Source: an uncultured Ignavibacteriales bacterium (GTDB lineage: Bacteria > Bacteroidota > Ignavibacteria > Ignavibacteriales > Ignavibacteriaceae). From it: 64,000 bases of DNA. This document shows positions 19,688 to 30,354 of the stretch, in pieces (the first letter of the stretch is position 1; the number at the start of each line of letters is the position of its first letter). The notes beneath the pieces were generated by a model, which searched no databases, was not told the DNA's origin, and saw only the letters and a program-made list of their open reading frames with translations. The stretch is from assembly GCA_963786395.1 (NCBI GenBank), contig CAWAZD010000014.1, forward strand, positions 129,730 to 193,729. The letters run 5' to 3'. The position numbers and the translations under genes are program-made.

Positions 19688-19699
19688 TTTGTGCCTCTT

Positions 19700-21412
19700 T
19701 TACTTTTTAGATTCCGGTTTCAAGGGGAGAGAATTTAATAGGTCTTTAATTTTTGACTGATTTATTGATTCAGGAGAATTTTTTATCTCTATCTTATTAT
19801 CAGGCATTAAAGACTTATAATCAAATAGAGCTTTGCTTGCATTCTGGCCATATAATTCCGGGAAATAATATTTCCCTTTCTCCTGAGCATTCTTTTCCAA
19901 TTCGACAACTACAGGGTTAGCTTTCATATAAGGATCATTCCTTATACCTGTAACCTGCCATGAAACTTCCACATTGGGTTTGTCGGTTCTGATTATAAAT
20001 GAATTATTCTGAATCTTCTTTCCTATTATTGCCTGGGCGAATTGATCGATTACTGTGAGCTGATATTTGTAATTGATATTTAATGCTTCAAAGTATGATG
20101 GCAAATTAACTGTGGCGTATCCATTTGCATCAGTAGTGATATTTCCATTATAAATATTCATTACGTCCGGACTTTCAATACTGGAATGAACCAGAAATTT
20201 GTTTTCAGGGTCCAGTGGATGATCTATTTTGAAATGTTTAACACCTGAAGTATTTAGATTTCCGTTAATATCTACTTCTCCAAAAAACATACCTGCAGCC
20301 CCGGAATTGTAAGCAATTATCCCGGCAGTATTTCCAGAAGCTACAATTCCATAAGTACTGCCCTGGGCAGTAACACCAGATGGACCTATACCAACTAAAC
20401 CGGAACCATTTGGAGTTTTTGTAATTCCCTCGACACCATATCCGATTCCAGTGGTTGACGTATTTGCGCCTTGCACCCCAAAACCACCCGAAGCATTAGT
20501 TGCTATCCCTTGAATACCACCGAAACCCCCTTGTCCCCATACACCGATTCCGATGGAAGATCGAGTTGTTCCATAAATACCCACTACTTCACCAGAGGTT
20601 GCCGTATTTTCTCCATAAACCCCGTAACCGGATGGGATACTCGAACCACCATACACCCCATAACCAAAGCCAGTCCCGGTAGATCCATTTATAACTCCTG
20701 CAGTTCCAATGCCAGATACACTTTGCCCAATAATTGCTGCGCCGGTGCCAGAAGTTATTGCTCCAAGTAGAAGATTTGGATAATTTACAGCTCCATTAAG
20801 AAAAAGAGGTAGGTTAAAATTTACAGTCGTAGTTGGACCGGCAGGATTTTGGATACTCAAATTGTTATCAGTATTCAGAAGACTCTGAATACCCGTTCCC
20901 CCTGTGGAAGAGCTGGAAACTGTAATAGTGTTCCCGGTTGAAGTTACTGTAGTACCGCCGCTTCCCTGTAATGTTACATTATCCTTTAGTCCGTTAAGAC
21001 TTTTAACTACTTTTCCACCAATAACATCATTAGCTGAATTTGAGTTCATCGATGTAAAACTGTAAGGAGCGGAATTAAGTGGAACGCGTGGAGTAAGTTC
21101 TGCACCGGATCCTACTGCAATTCCAAGAAAGTATTGAGTATCAAATTTAACACCCGAACCAAATGGTGTTACGTCACCAAGACGAGTTGAAAAAAGCCCC
21201 TTTATTACACTAACATGTTTCCCTTCACTCCAGATGGAGGTTCCACCGGAGTTTTGTGTGTATAAAGCAAAGGTGACAAAATAATCTCCATCAGGTTTAG
21301 GGAACCCTGCTGCATCTGTTAAAAGTCCCTCGTATGAAAGCGTTTGGGGAATTTGCGCAAACAGGGAAGTTGCAATAAAAACAAACAGCATCGAAACGTA
21401 GATCTTTTTCAT
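19700..21412 (-). CDS. Secreted glycine-rich repeat protein (fibre-like), unknown function
   Basis: Signal peptide. Central Gly-rich repeats (GYGVYGG, GIGVWGQGGFGG). Conserved-looking C-terminal block HPLDPENKFLVHSSIESPDVMNIYNG. Confidence 0.5.
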   Translation of the reverse strand: MKKIYVSMLFVFIATSLFAQIPQTLSYEGLLTDAAGFPKPDGDYFVTFALYTQNSGGTSIWSEGKHVSVIKGLFSTRLGDVTPFGSGVKFDTQYFLGIAVGSGAELTPRVPLNSAPYSFTSMNSNSANDVIGGKVVKSLNGLKDNVTLQGSGGTTVTSTGNTITVSSSSTGGTGIQSLLNTDNNLSIQNPAGPTTTVNFNLPLFLNGAVNYPNLLLGAITSGTGAAIIGQSVSGIGTAGVINGSTGTGFGYGVYGGSSIPSGYGVYGENTATSGEVVGIYGTTRSSIGIGVWGQGGFGGIQGIATNASGGFGVQGANTSTTGIGYGVEGITKTPNGSGLVGIGPSGVTAQGSTYGIVASGNTAGIIAYNSGAAGMFFGEVDINGNLNTSGVKHFKIDHPLDPENKFLVHSSIESPDVMNIYNGNITTDANGYATVNLPSYFEALNINYKYQLTVIDQFAQAIIGKKIQNNSFIIRTDKPNVEVSWQVTGIRNDPYMKANPVVVELEKNAQEKGKYYFPELYGQNASKALFDYKSLMPDNKIEIKNSPESINQSKIKDLLNSLPLKPESKK

Positions 21413-21715
21413 AGTATCCCTCTTATTGTTAGTGAAGTTTTATCTTTTTATAAGAACATATTTATTCGATATTAAAAAAAAATATATTGAGAAACCGGAG
21501 TCTTTATCCGATAAGAGTATATGCTGCTTGCTCTTTATTGATTGAATAAATAATTAGGCCGCTTTTGGTGTGGCAACCAATTGATTGTTTTAGGTGATAT
21601 TATTATTTCCCAAATAATTTAAAATTGTTCTTTATCATATTCCACAATACTTTACATTAGCAATTATTTAAAAACACAGATTCAATTTCTCCGCCGATTT
21701 TTTTCACAATATCAA

Positions 21716-21919
21716 AGACAGCCGGCTGAAAAAGTTGTAAGGCTGAACAGTATGATTAAATCGTATTGTCAGGAGAATAATATTGTATATGTAGATTATT
21801 ATTCGGCAATGGTTGATGAAAGAAAAGGTTTGGATAAAAAATATACCGATGACGGGGTGCATCCTACAATAGCAGGTTATAAAGTAATGGAATCATTAAT
21901 TCTAAAAGCACTTGAATAA
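21716..21919 (+). pseudogene. C-terminal remnant of an SGNH/GDSL hydrolase
   Basis: Translates to PAEKVVRLNSMIKSYCQENNIVYVDYYSAM ... DDGVHPTIAGYKVM (block V, DxxH). No N-terminal GDS block is present upstream. Confidence 0.5.
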
Positions 21920-22041
21920 GTTTGTTGTCAAGCTGTAAAGAAATTATTTCGGGTTCATTTGGAATAGATTTGTATATATTTGAAAAAGTAATATTAAACT
22001 TGTATTTTCAATGCTTATAAAAGGAATTATGATAACCAATT

Positions 22042-22233
22042 ATGGTTGAAAAAGTAGTTAACATATTAAAGGGACATTCAAACAAGAGTGACTTCAAATA
22101 TTGGCAGAACCAGCCTTTTGAAAAGCGCTTACTTACTTTAGAAGAAATCAGACAAGAATATAACAGCTGGCGCTATGATAATAAGCAAGGATTTCAAAGA
22201 GTTTTTAGAATTATTAAACAAAAACAAAGTTAA
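22042..22233 (+). CDS. Small hypothetical protein, possible partner of the downstream nucleotidyltransferase-like gene
   Basis: 63-aa ORF that overlaps the next gene by 59 nt. Confidence 0.35.
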   Translation: MVEKVVNILKGHSNKSDFKYWQNQPFEKRLLTLEEIRQEYNSWRYDNKQGFQRVFRIIKQKQS

Positions 22234-22615
22234 ATATCTTGTTGTTGGAGGATATGCTCTAGCATTTCATGGCTATCCCCGATATACAAAGGATATTGAT
22301 TTGTGGATACTTATGGAAAAATCAAATGCGGAAAGTATCCTAAAAACTTTAAATGAGTTCGGCTTTTCTGGTCCCGGAATAACAGTTGAAGATTTGAATA
22401 CTCCTGAAACAGTTATACAATTAGGGTATCCGCCTAATAGAATTGACCTTATGACAGCAGTAAGCGGGTTGACATTCGATGAATGCTACAACAAAAAAAT
22501 TGAAGTGGATATTGAAGGGATAAGTGTTTGTTTTATCGATTTAGAAAGTCTGAAAAAGAATAAAAAAGCTTCCGGAAGGCATCAGGATTTAGCCGATTTG
22601 GAAAACCTGGAATAG
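22175..22615 (+). CDS. Nucleotidyltransferase-fold protein (MNT/DUF6036-like)
   Basis: The N-terminal block KVKYLVVGGYALAFHGYPRYTKDIDLWI resembles minimal nucleotidyltransferase toxin/antitoxin components. Confidence 0.5.
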   Translation: MIISKDFKEFLELLNKNKVKYLVVGGYALAFHGYPRYTKDIDLWILMEKSNAESILKTLNEFGFSGPGITVEDLNTPETVIQLGYPPNRIDLMTAVSGLTFDECYNKKIEVDIEGISVCFIDLESLKKNKKASGRHQDLADLENLE

Positions 22616-22705
22616 TATCGCCGACAGAAGGATCAGAGATGGACAAAGTATAAGTGAATTGTGCTTTCAGGTTAGTGTTTCTTCGCTGGCCATACATATT
22701 CTAAA

Positions 22706-22790
22706 TTATCCGGAACATTCCATTTATACCTGGAATAAAACTGTTTATCTTTTCGTAATAAATTAGATTTATGAGACTTATGAAATTTTC
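22706..22790. repeat. 85-bp direct repeat, copy 1
   Basis: Near-identical to 23181..23265 with a few mismatches. Confidence 0.75.
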
Positions 22791-22907
22791 TATTACCAAG
22801 CCAGGGTGGATAGGGAGGTTATATGATAAATTTTGCAATTCTTTTTTTTATTTTCATATCATTTATTCCTTTTATACTTCTATAAAAGGAACGGTCAAAT
22901 AGTACAT

Positions 22908-23111
22908 TCATTTTATCTGTAAAAGATTTTGCATTACTACATTTCTGCTTACTTTTTTATTCGTTTTCGATTTTTTCATAACAGCGCCCATCATAAGGTC
23001 TTCTGTTTGGTCAATATCAATATGGTGGACATTAACACCGATTTTTTTAGCAATTAGCGCAATTGCTTCCACATCTTTTTTATCTTTGCCTGAGATGATT
23101 ATAGAGGTCAT
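22908..23111 (-). CDS. Small hypothetical protein (antitoxin-like size and charge)
   Basis: 67 aa from MTSIIISGKD. The longer ORF-track form begins at 23162. Confidence 0.4.
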   Translation of the reverse strand: MTSIIISGKDKKDVEAIALIAKKIGVNVHHIDIDQTEDLMMGAVMKKSKTNKKVSRNVVMQNLLQIK

Positions 23112-23180
23112 ACTCTTAACCTTTTTTCTTTGCAATATACTGAAAAATCTTTGGAAAATCATCGATTCTGCTTTCGGGTA

Positions 23181-23265
23181 TTATCCGGAACATTCCATTT
23201 ATACATGGAATAAAACAGTTTATCTTTTCGTAATAAATTAGATTTATGAGATTCATGAAATCTTT
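23181..23265. repeat. 85-bp direct repeat, copy 2
   Basis: See 22706..22790. Confidence 0.75.
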
Positions 23266-23318
23266 TATAATGTTTCCTGTCACAGTAACTTTACCAATAT
23301 ATAGATACATTTCAATAT

Positions 23319-23609
23319 ATGAATATGAAGAACGAAGAAGATAATATTGTAAAAATTGCCAAAGCGCTTTCAGATAAAACACGAATCAGGATATTGAAAG
23401 AGATAGCTGCTAAAGGAAGCATCTCCTGCGGCGATGCGGAAAAAGTAGCAGAACTTTCGCAGCCTACAGTATCGCACCATCTTAAAATTCTAGTTGATGC
23501 AGGACTTTTAAATACTGTAAAAGACGGCAGGCATGTTATTGTTTCTGTGAATGAAAAAGCATTGGAAGTATTTCGTTCAATGATTTCCGATTCAATTAAA
23601 AAGAAATAG
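23319..23609 (+). CDS. ArsR/SmtB-family transcriptional regulator
   Basis: LSDKTRIRILKEI ... ELSQPTVSHHLKILVDAGLL, a winged HTH. Confidence 0.8.
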   Translation: MNMKNEEDNIVKIAKALSDKTRIRILKEIAAKGSISCGDAEKVAELSQPTVSHHLKILVDAGLLNTVKDGRHVIVSVNEKALEVFRSMISDSIKKK

Positions 23610-23694
23610 TTTTTTTTGCTCTCATATATCGAAGTATCTAAATATATAGATACATAAATATGACAATCAATAATTATAAATAAAGGTAAATAAA

Positions 23695-24135
23695 ATGAAA
23701 AAGAATAAAATAGTATATTGGACAACAACCGGAATAGTAAGCGTAATGATGCTCTTTGCGGCATTCAGCTATTTCACAAATGCGAAGACAATAGGGGGTT
23801 TTGTTCATCTTGGTTTTCCCTCATATTTCAGAATAGAACTTGGTATAGCCAAAGTCCTGGGCGCAATTGCACTCCTTTTAACATTTACGCCTTACAGGCT
23901 GAAAGAATTTGCATACATCGGATTTGCGATAACATTTATCTCTGCTTTCATAGCTCATCTGTCAAGCGGTGATCCTGTTTCGGTTGCAGTCTCGCCTCTT
24001 ATATTTTTAGGAATACTCGCGGTGTCGTATGTCTATTTCCAAAAAGGCAGAAAATTAAAAACCAAAGTTGAAGTAATATCAAAATCAAAACCGACGAAGG
24101 AACCGGATTTGGAAGAGAACTATATTCCAAGATAA
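23695..24135 (+). CDS. DoxX-like membrane protein
   Basis: Four predicted TM helices. The pairing with an upstream ArsR regulator is typical. Confidence 0.55.
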   Translation: MKKNKIVYWTTTGIVSVMMLFAAFSYFTNAKTIGGFVHLGFPSYFRIELGIAKVLGAIALLLTFTPYRLKEFAYIGFAITFISAFIAHLSSGDPVSVAVSPLIFLGILAVSYVYFQKGRKLKTKVEVISKSKPTKEPDLEENYIPR

Positions 24136-24152
24136 ATTGAGAAGTTTTATTT

Positions 24153-24182
24153 ACCTTCGAGGTTTTCATGAACCTCGAAGGT
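24153..24182 (+). terminator. Hairpin terminator candidate
   Basis: 12-bp stem ACCTTCGAGGTT / AACCTCGAAGGT, but a weak U tail. Confidence 0.4.
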
Positions 24183-24317
24183 TTAGATGGAATATTCAAA
24201 TACGGATATTATATCGTTTGCTTTTACATCATTAATGACGTAAATTTGAAACGAAGGACAAAATTTTCTTTGATTGCGCTCAATGAATTATTAACCAATA
24301 AAAAAGGTGAAGAATGA

Positions 24318-24683
24318 ATGAGTAAATGGACTGTTAGTTATTATAAAACTGAGAGTGGAGAATGTCCGGTGGAAAAGTTTATTAACTCCAGAAATGCAAA
24401 GAATCAACAAAAGATATTTGGATTTTTGGAACAACTTGAGATTGAGGGGCCATACCTGCCTCGTCCATACGCAGATATTCTCCGAGACGGTATTCATGAG
24501 TTAAGAATCAAGCTTTCTGGTGATGAAATTAGAGTGCTTTATTTTTTTTGTTATAAGAAAAATATAATTCTTACTCATGCGTTTGTAAAACATAGTAATA
24601 AAGTTCCAGATACAGAAATTGAAAGGGCAATAGCCCTTAAAAATGAGTTTCTCGGACGAATTAAAGAGGAAGATTTAATATAG
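24318..24683 (+). CDS. higB: RelE/ParE-superfamily toxin (HigB / phage Gp49-like)
   Basis: ECPVEKFI ... GIHELRIKLSGDEIRVLYFF ... ILTHAFVK pattern, upstream of an XRE antitoxin. Confidence 0.7.
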   Translation: MSKWTVSYYKTESGECPVEKFINSRNAKNQQKIFGFLEQLEIEGPYLPRPYADILRDGIHELRIKLSGDEIRVLYFFCYKKNIILTHAFVKHSNKVPDTEIERAIALKNEFLGRIKEEDLI

Positions 24684-24780
24684 GCTATATGCCATTAAAG
24701 AAATGCTATAAAGCCAGCATAATATTTTATACAAAATTAAGCACAGTTAATATTTAGAATATTAAGGATGAAAAAAATAG

Positions 24781-25071
24781 ATGGAGCATAAGATGAAGAA
24801 TAATAAGTTGGTGAAAAACTTTCGCGATCATCTCAATGAAAAATTAAAAGATAAGAAATTTGCGGATGGATTTAATTATGAACGAGAATTAATTGCCATT
24901 GCAGTTAAAATTGCCAAACAGAGAGAGAAACTTGGCCTTACTCAAGTACAATTGGCCCAAATGGCTAACATTACTCAACAGCAACTCTCTAAAATTGAAC
25001 GGGGCGAGAATTGTAATATAATAACTTTTCTTAAGGTAAGTAGAGCCTTGAAGCTTGAAGTGATATTGTAA
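24781..25071 (+). CDS. higA: XRE-family HTH antitoxin (HigA-like)
   Basis: LGLTQVQLAQMANITQQQLSKIERGE. Confidence 0.7.
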   Translation: MEHKMKNNKLVKNFRDHLNEKLKDKKFADGFNYERELIAIAVKIAKQREKLGLTQVQLAQMANITQQQLSKIERGENCNIITFLKVSRALKLEVIL

Positions 25072-25085
25072 TCCAGGATAATTTC

Positions 25086-25117
25086 AAAAAAAATCCCCCT
25101 TATTCAGGGGGATTTTT
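25086..25117. terminator. Bidirectional rho-independent terminator
   Basis: AAAAAAAATCCCCC-TTATTCA-GGGGGATTTTT lies between the convergent higA and gdhA genes. Confidence 0.7.
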
Positions 25118-25138
25118 ACTAACCAATAAACGGTACTT

Positions 25139-26528
<1,390 letters not shown>

Positions 26529-26532
26529 TTAA

Positions 26533-27600
26533 TTATAGAATGAATAACATGTTTAAGGAAACTGTTAACTGCTGATTTGTAAATTGATTTTCTTTTTGAA
26601 ATACTCTTAGATCCGATTGATCATACCTCAAATCTCCCCGGACGATTACATTTTTATTTATTTTATACTCAGGCGTAATTGTAATTTCATCTAATCTTTG
26701 TGGAAGTCTGGTTCGTGTTCCGCTCCAGTCATTAAAAGATTCGCCTCTGACAGCAAAACTAAAATCATCGGTCAGATATAATCGCAGGTATCCCGCAGTC
26801 CCGTACCATTTTGCGTCAGCTCCGTTGGCTGCTGTTCTTTGTTCCATTCCGTATACGCCATAGCCTCCGATTGAAATCCAGTCTGTTAATTTTATCAGCC
26901 CGGTGAAATCAAAAACAAACCTGTTTCTGGAATTATTATTATCCTGTTCGGGTCCCCCGAGAAAATTGCCAATAAATGTAATTTGGTCAGTCGGCATATA
27001 TGAAAGCTGAGCCCCGATGGATTTCGATTTGTTGTTATCAATAGAATTATCCCATCCGTTTGTAACTAACAGCATCGCATTTATTTGTTTGGAGAATGGG
27101 TAGGATATTTTTACACCGGTATGTGTGTAGGGGATTGCATATCCAAATAAAAAGGATCTTGATACATTATCATTATATCCGTCATATCCCTCAATTACTT
27201 CATACCCCAGATGCGTAATAAATTTCCCCGCATCAATCTTAAGACCGTTCCCGATCTTTGCTATGTAGCTTAAATAAACCTGGTGAATGTCTATATCGCT
27301 ATAATTGCCGGTTGAGGTTACTACCTGCGGAATTGAAGAGCCTGAAGTAAGATCAATCCTGAAGCCTGCATCCCCGGTTTTTGTAACGGGTTTCTGAAAA
27401 ACAAGTTCAGCCACATCAATTTTGAATGAATTATCGGTAAAATCAAATACCCGGAATTGGTTTTGATGCGAAATAGGATTGTTGAAATTATAAGAATATG
27501 ATGTTGATACAAACCCGTTCAGTTCCATTTCGTCATACCATTTTCCCTGCTGAGCTGAAACAATAAAGGGAATTATCAGCATCAGTAACAATATCTTCAT
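26533..27600 (-). CDS. Outer-membrane beta-barrel porin (OmpL/bbp2-like)
   Basis: Signal peptide, alternating beta-strand pattern, LNGFVSTSYSYNFNNP start and a C-terminal aromatic residue. Confidence 0.55.
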   Translation of the reverse strand: MKILLLMLIIPFIVSAQQGKWYDEMELNGFVSTSYSYNFNNPISHQNQFRVFDFTDNSFKIDVAELVFQKPVTKTGDAGFRIDLTSGSSIPQVVTSTGNYSDIDIHQVYLSYIAKIGNGLKIDAGKFITHLGYEVIEGYDGYNDNVSRSFLFGYAIPYTHTGVKISYPFSKQINAMLLVTNGWDNSIDNNKSKSIGAQLSYMPTDQITFIGNFLGGPEQDNNNSRNRFVFDFTGLIKLTDWISIGGYGVYGMEQRTAANGADAKWYGTAGYLRLYLTDDFSFAVRGESFNDWSGTRTRLPQRLDEITITPEYKINKNVIVRGDLRYDQSDLRVFQKENQFTNQQLTVSLNMLFIL

Positions 27601-27769
27601 TTGGAAGCCCCTATGTTTAATTTAGAAATAATAATTGTAGACTTCCCTAAATTAAATATTTTGCTAGAGAAATTAATCATTGCAGTAGAATTTATTGTTA
27701 AAAGGAAGTTAGAATTGATTACGGAGGAAAGAAACAATAGTATTACTGATTTTTGTGTAGTAAAAATTA

Positions 27770-28399
27770 CTACAGCTCAATCAGCTTGTTTTGAATGGCA
27801 TATTGTGTTAGTTCAACGTTTGTTTTTAGGTTTAGTTTTTCGAGTATCCGGGTTCTGTAAGAATAAACTGTATGCACGCTGATGCAAAGTTCCGATGCTA
27901 TATCCTCAGCAGAATTTCCCGAAGCAATTTTACATAGTATCTCATACTCACGGTCTGATAATTTCTCAGGACGTCCATCCTGCTGATTAATATTATCAGC
28001 AAGATTTTCCGCTAACGAGTGACTTATATATTTTTTCCCTTTTATTATTGTTCTTAATGCGGTTACAAGTTCTTCAGGCGCACTTGCTTTTTTCAGGTAC
28101 CCGGATGCGCCTGCTTTCAACGCTCTTATTCCGTACTGTTCTTCACTATACATGCTTAATATTAATACCGGCAAATCCGGATATTCTTTCTTAAGATCCT
28201 TTAGTGCTTCAAGGCCGCTTTTGCCGGGCATATTTATATCAAGCACAACAGCATTCCACTCATCTTTTTTCAGAAGTTCAAAAAGCTCCACTGCATTGCC
28301 GGCTTCGCCGGTTACTTTCATATCGGGTTCTTCCGCAAGGATTTGTTTTAACCCCTCTCTTACAATTGCGTGGTCGTCTGCCATTAATATTTTTATCAT
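27770..28399 (-). CDS. NarL/LuxR-family response regulator
   Basis: Receiver domain (ADDHAIVREGL, LDINMPGKSG) plus a LuxR HTH (LSDREYEIL ... ISVHTVYSYRTRILEKL). Confidence 0.9.
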   Translation of the reverse strand: MIKILMADDHAIVREGLKQILAEEPDMKVTGEAGNAVELFELLKKDEWNAVVLDINMPGKSGLEALKDLKKEYPDLPVLILSMYSEEQYGIRALKAGASGYLKKASAPEELVTALRTIIKGKKYISHSLAENLADNINQQDGRPEKLSDREYEILCKIASGNSAEDIASELCISVHTVYSYRTRILEKLNLKTNVELTQYAIQNKLIEL

Positions 28400-28427
28400 A
28401 ATATTGCTCCAATTTGCAGAATTCTAG

Positions 28428-28574
28428 CCCAGTCCTTCAGGACTGGGTAAATGGAATAAAGTAATAAATAACTATGCCATTTATGGCATTAATAAAACAA
28501 TTTAATTGTAAGGGGATGAATCCCCTAAATTTACAATTAGTTTTTTCCTATAGTCCCAGGCATAAATGCCTGGG
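28428..28574. repeat. Block of palindromic modules B, D, C and A
   Basis: CCCAGTCCTTCAGGACTGGG, ATGCCATTTATGGCAT, AAGGGGATGAATCCCCT and CCCAGGCATAAATGCCTGGG, in tandem. Confidence 0.75.
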
Positions 28575-30026
28575 CTATTCCAATGGGATTATTGCTCTAA
28601 CTGTAGTGCCGTCATTCATAGAACTTTTTATTTCAACTGATCCGCCAAATATAATTGCTCTTTCTTTCATTCCAAGCAGTCCCAATGATTTGGGATCATT
28701 TACCTGGCTCAGAGTAATTCCTTTTCCGTTATCTTTAATTTCAAGAATAAGGGTATCTCTTTCCTCTTTAAGCTGTATCAGAATTTTGGTTGCGTTTGCA
28801 TGTCGTGCAGTGTTTATTATAGACTCCTGGAATATTCTGAATAACGCTGTTGATTTATCCTGGTCAAAATTAATTTCTTCTTTTGGAAGGATGCACTCGC
28901 ATTCAATCCCGGTTTTTTCCATAAAGTCCTGTGCCTGCCATTCAATTGCGGGAATAAGTCCCAGCTCGTCAAGCAGTCCGGGGCGCAGTTTGGATGAAAT
29001 CTTCTGTACTGATTCAATTGAAGTATCAATCAGTTTTTCAACCGATTCAAATTTTGATTTTATCAGATCACTGCTGTTTACTTTATTAGCAAGTAAACTA
29101 ATCTGGATCTTTAGCACTGTTAACATCTGTCCGAGTTCATCATGTATTTCGCGGGCAATAGTTTTTCGTTCTTCTTCCCGGACAGACTGCAGTCTGGATG
29201 CGAGGTTCCTTAATTGTTCCGTTCTCTGTCTAATCTTCTCTTCAAAAATCCGCCTCTCCACTATATCCCTTGATATAAATAGAATAGCGGGTCTCTCATT
29301 AAAATCAAATAGCCTTGAATTTATTTCAGCCGGTATTTTACGTTTCTTCTTATCTGCCAGGGAGACATTTAAAATATAACTCTGCCCTGAATTTAATCTG
29401 TCAATAAACTTTAATATCTCTTCTTCCTTGTTATCAAATATTACCTGCAGGGGATTTAATCTCAGCACTTCTTCTTCGGTATAACCCAATACCTGCAGCG
29501 CTTTTTCATTGACCTCTGCAAAATTACTTAATGTCTTGCCGTAGTTCAGGTAGCAGACAAACATCGCGTCACTTGTACTGTTAAAAAGATTTCTGTATTG
29601 TCTTTCGCTTTTTGTTATTTCCAGTTCGCTTTCTTTTTTTTCAGAGATATCCCTGACTATCGAAAGGACTAAAGTTTTATTTTGATCACTCTTAATTGTG
29701 GAGTTTGAATATCCGAACCATACTTTTCTGCCGTTCCAGAGTATGGCTTTTCTTTCAAGGTAAGTTTTTATTTCATGGTTAAAGAAATCATCCCGGTATT
29801 CTTTATAAATTTCCGATTGTATGTTTGGATGATAAAGTATGTGGAACGGCTGGTTTATAAGCTCGTCTTCCGATTTATCGAACAGGCTGCAGAAGGCTGG
29901 ATTTACACCAACGATTATCCCCTCGGAATCAGTTATTCTTATCCCGTCTGCTGAATTATTCCAGACATCAGAGAAGTTGAAACTATTTTTATTGATCTCC
30001 ATATTTTCCGGGCTGTAGGGGACCAT
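28575..30026 (-). CDS. PAS-domain sensor histidine kinase (HisKA_3 / NarX-type)
   Basis: Two PAS-like segments, the H-box EEERKTIAREIHDELGQ and HATPase motifs (NTARHANA, DNGKGI, GLLGMKERA). Confidence 0.85.
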   Translation of the reverse strand: MVPYSPENMEINKNSFNFSDVWNNSADGIRITDSEGIIVGVNPAFCSLFDKSEDELINQPFHILYHPNIQSEIYKEYRDDFFNHEIKTYLERKAILWNGRKVWFGYSNSTIKSDQNKTLVLSIVRDISEKKESELEITKSERQYRNLFNSTSDAMFVCYLNYGKTLSNFAEVNEKALQVLGYTEEEVLRLNPLQVIFDNKEEEILKFIDRLNSGQSYILNVSLADKKKRKIPAEINSRLFDFNERPAILFISRDIVERRIFEEKIRQRTEQLRNLASRLQSVREEERKTIAREIHDELGQMLTVLKIQISLLANKVNSSDLIKSKFESVEKLIDTSIESVQKISSKLRPGLLDELGLIPAIEWQAQDFMEKTGIECECILPKEEINFDQDKSTALFRIFQESIINTARHANATKILIQLKEERDTLILEIKDNGKGITLSQVNDPKSLGLLGMKERAIIFGGSVEIKSSMNDGTTVRAIIPLE

Positions 30027-30206
30027 TCCCCGACAGCATTTTCTTCAACACTAATTTACCTTAATAAAAATAACCGATTGGAATCATAATAGCCAGAAAA
30101 AAGGTAAAAGGTAAAAGTAGAATGAGTACATATTAGAAGAATTGGAGTAATAATTGATGGGGTAATGGATTGATGGAATAATGGATGAAGGAAAAACAAC
30201 ACTACT

Positions 30207-30324
30207 GGAATTGTAAGGGGATGAATCCCCTGGAATCGCAAAAGTTTTTTCCAATAATCCCAGGCATAAATGCCTGGGCTACTGAACTATAATAATTAAA
30301 TTAGCCCAGCCCTTTAGGGCTGGG
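30207..30324 (+). repeat. Composite repeat block (modules C, A, B); left copy of a roughly 105-bp direct repeat
   Basis: GGAATTGTAAGGGGATGAATCCCCTGGAATCGCAA ... CCCAGGCATAAATGCCTGGG ... TTAGCCCAG matches 32495..32601. Confidence 0.75.
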
Positions 30325-30354
30325 GAGTAAATGGAATCCAAAAGAATTATTATA

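Noticed and set aside
22175-22233. Treating the 22042 and 22175 ORFs as one frameshifted gene
   Set aside because: The second ORF has its own Met and an N-terminus typical of the family. There is no evidence that the first ORF is an N-terminal domain of it, so I kept them as two genes with low confidence.
23312-23764. 150-aa minus-strand ORF spanning the ArsR gene
   Set aside because: It is antisense to a clear ArsR regulator and to the DoxX start, with no recognisable domain. It is most likely a by-product of AT-rich sequence.
28474-29379. 301-aa plus-strand ORF
   Set aside because: It lies entirely antisense to the well-supported PAS histidine kinase. It has a Ser/Ile/Phe-rich low-complexity composition and no motifs.
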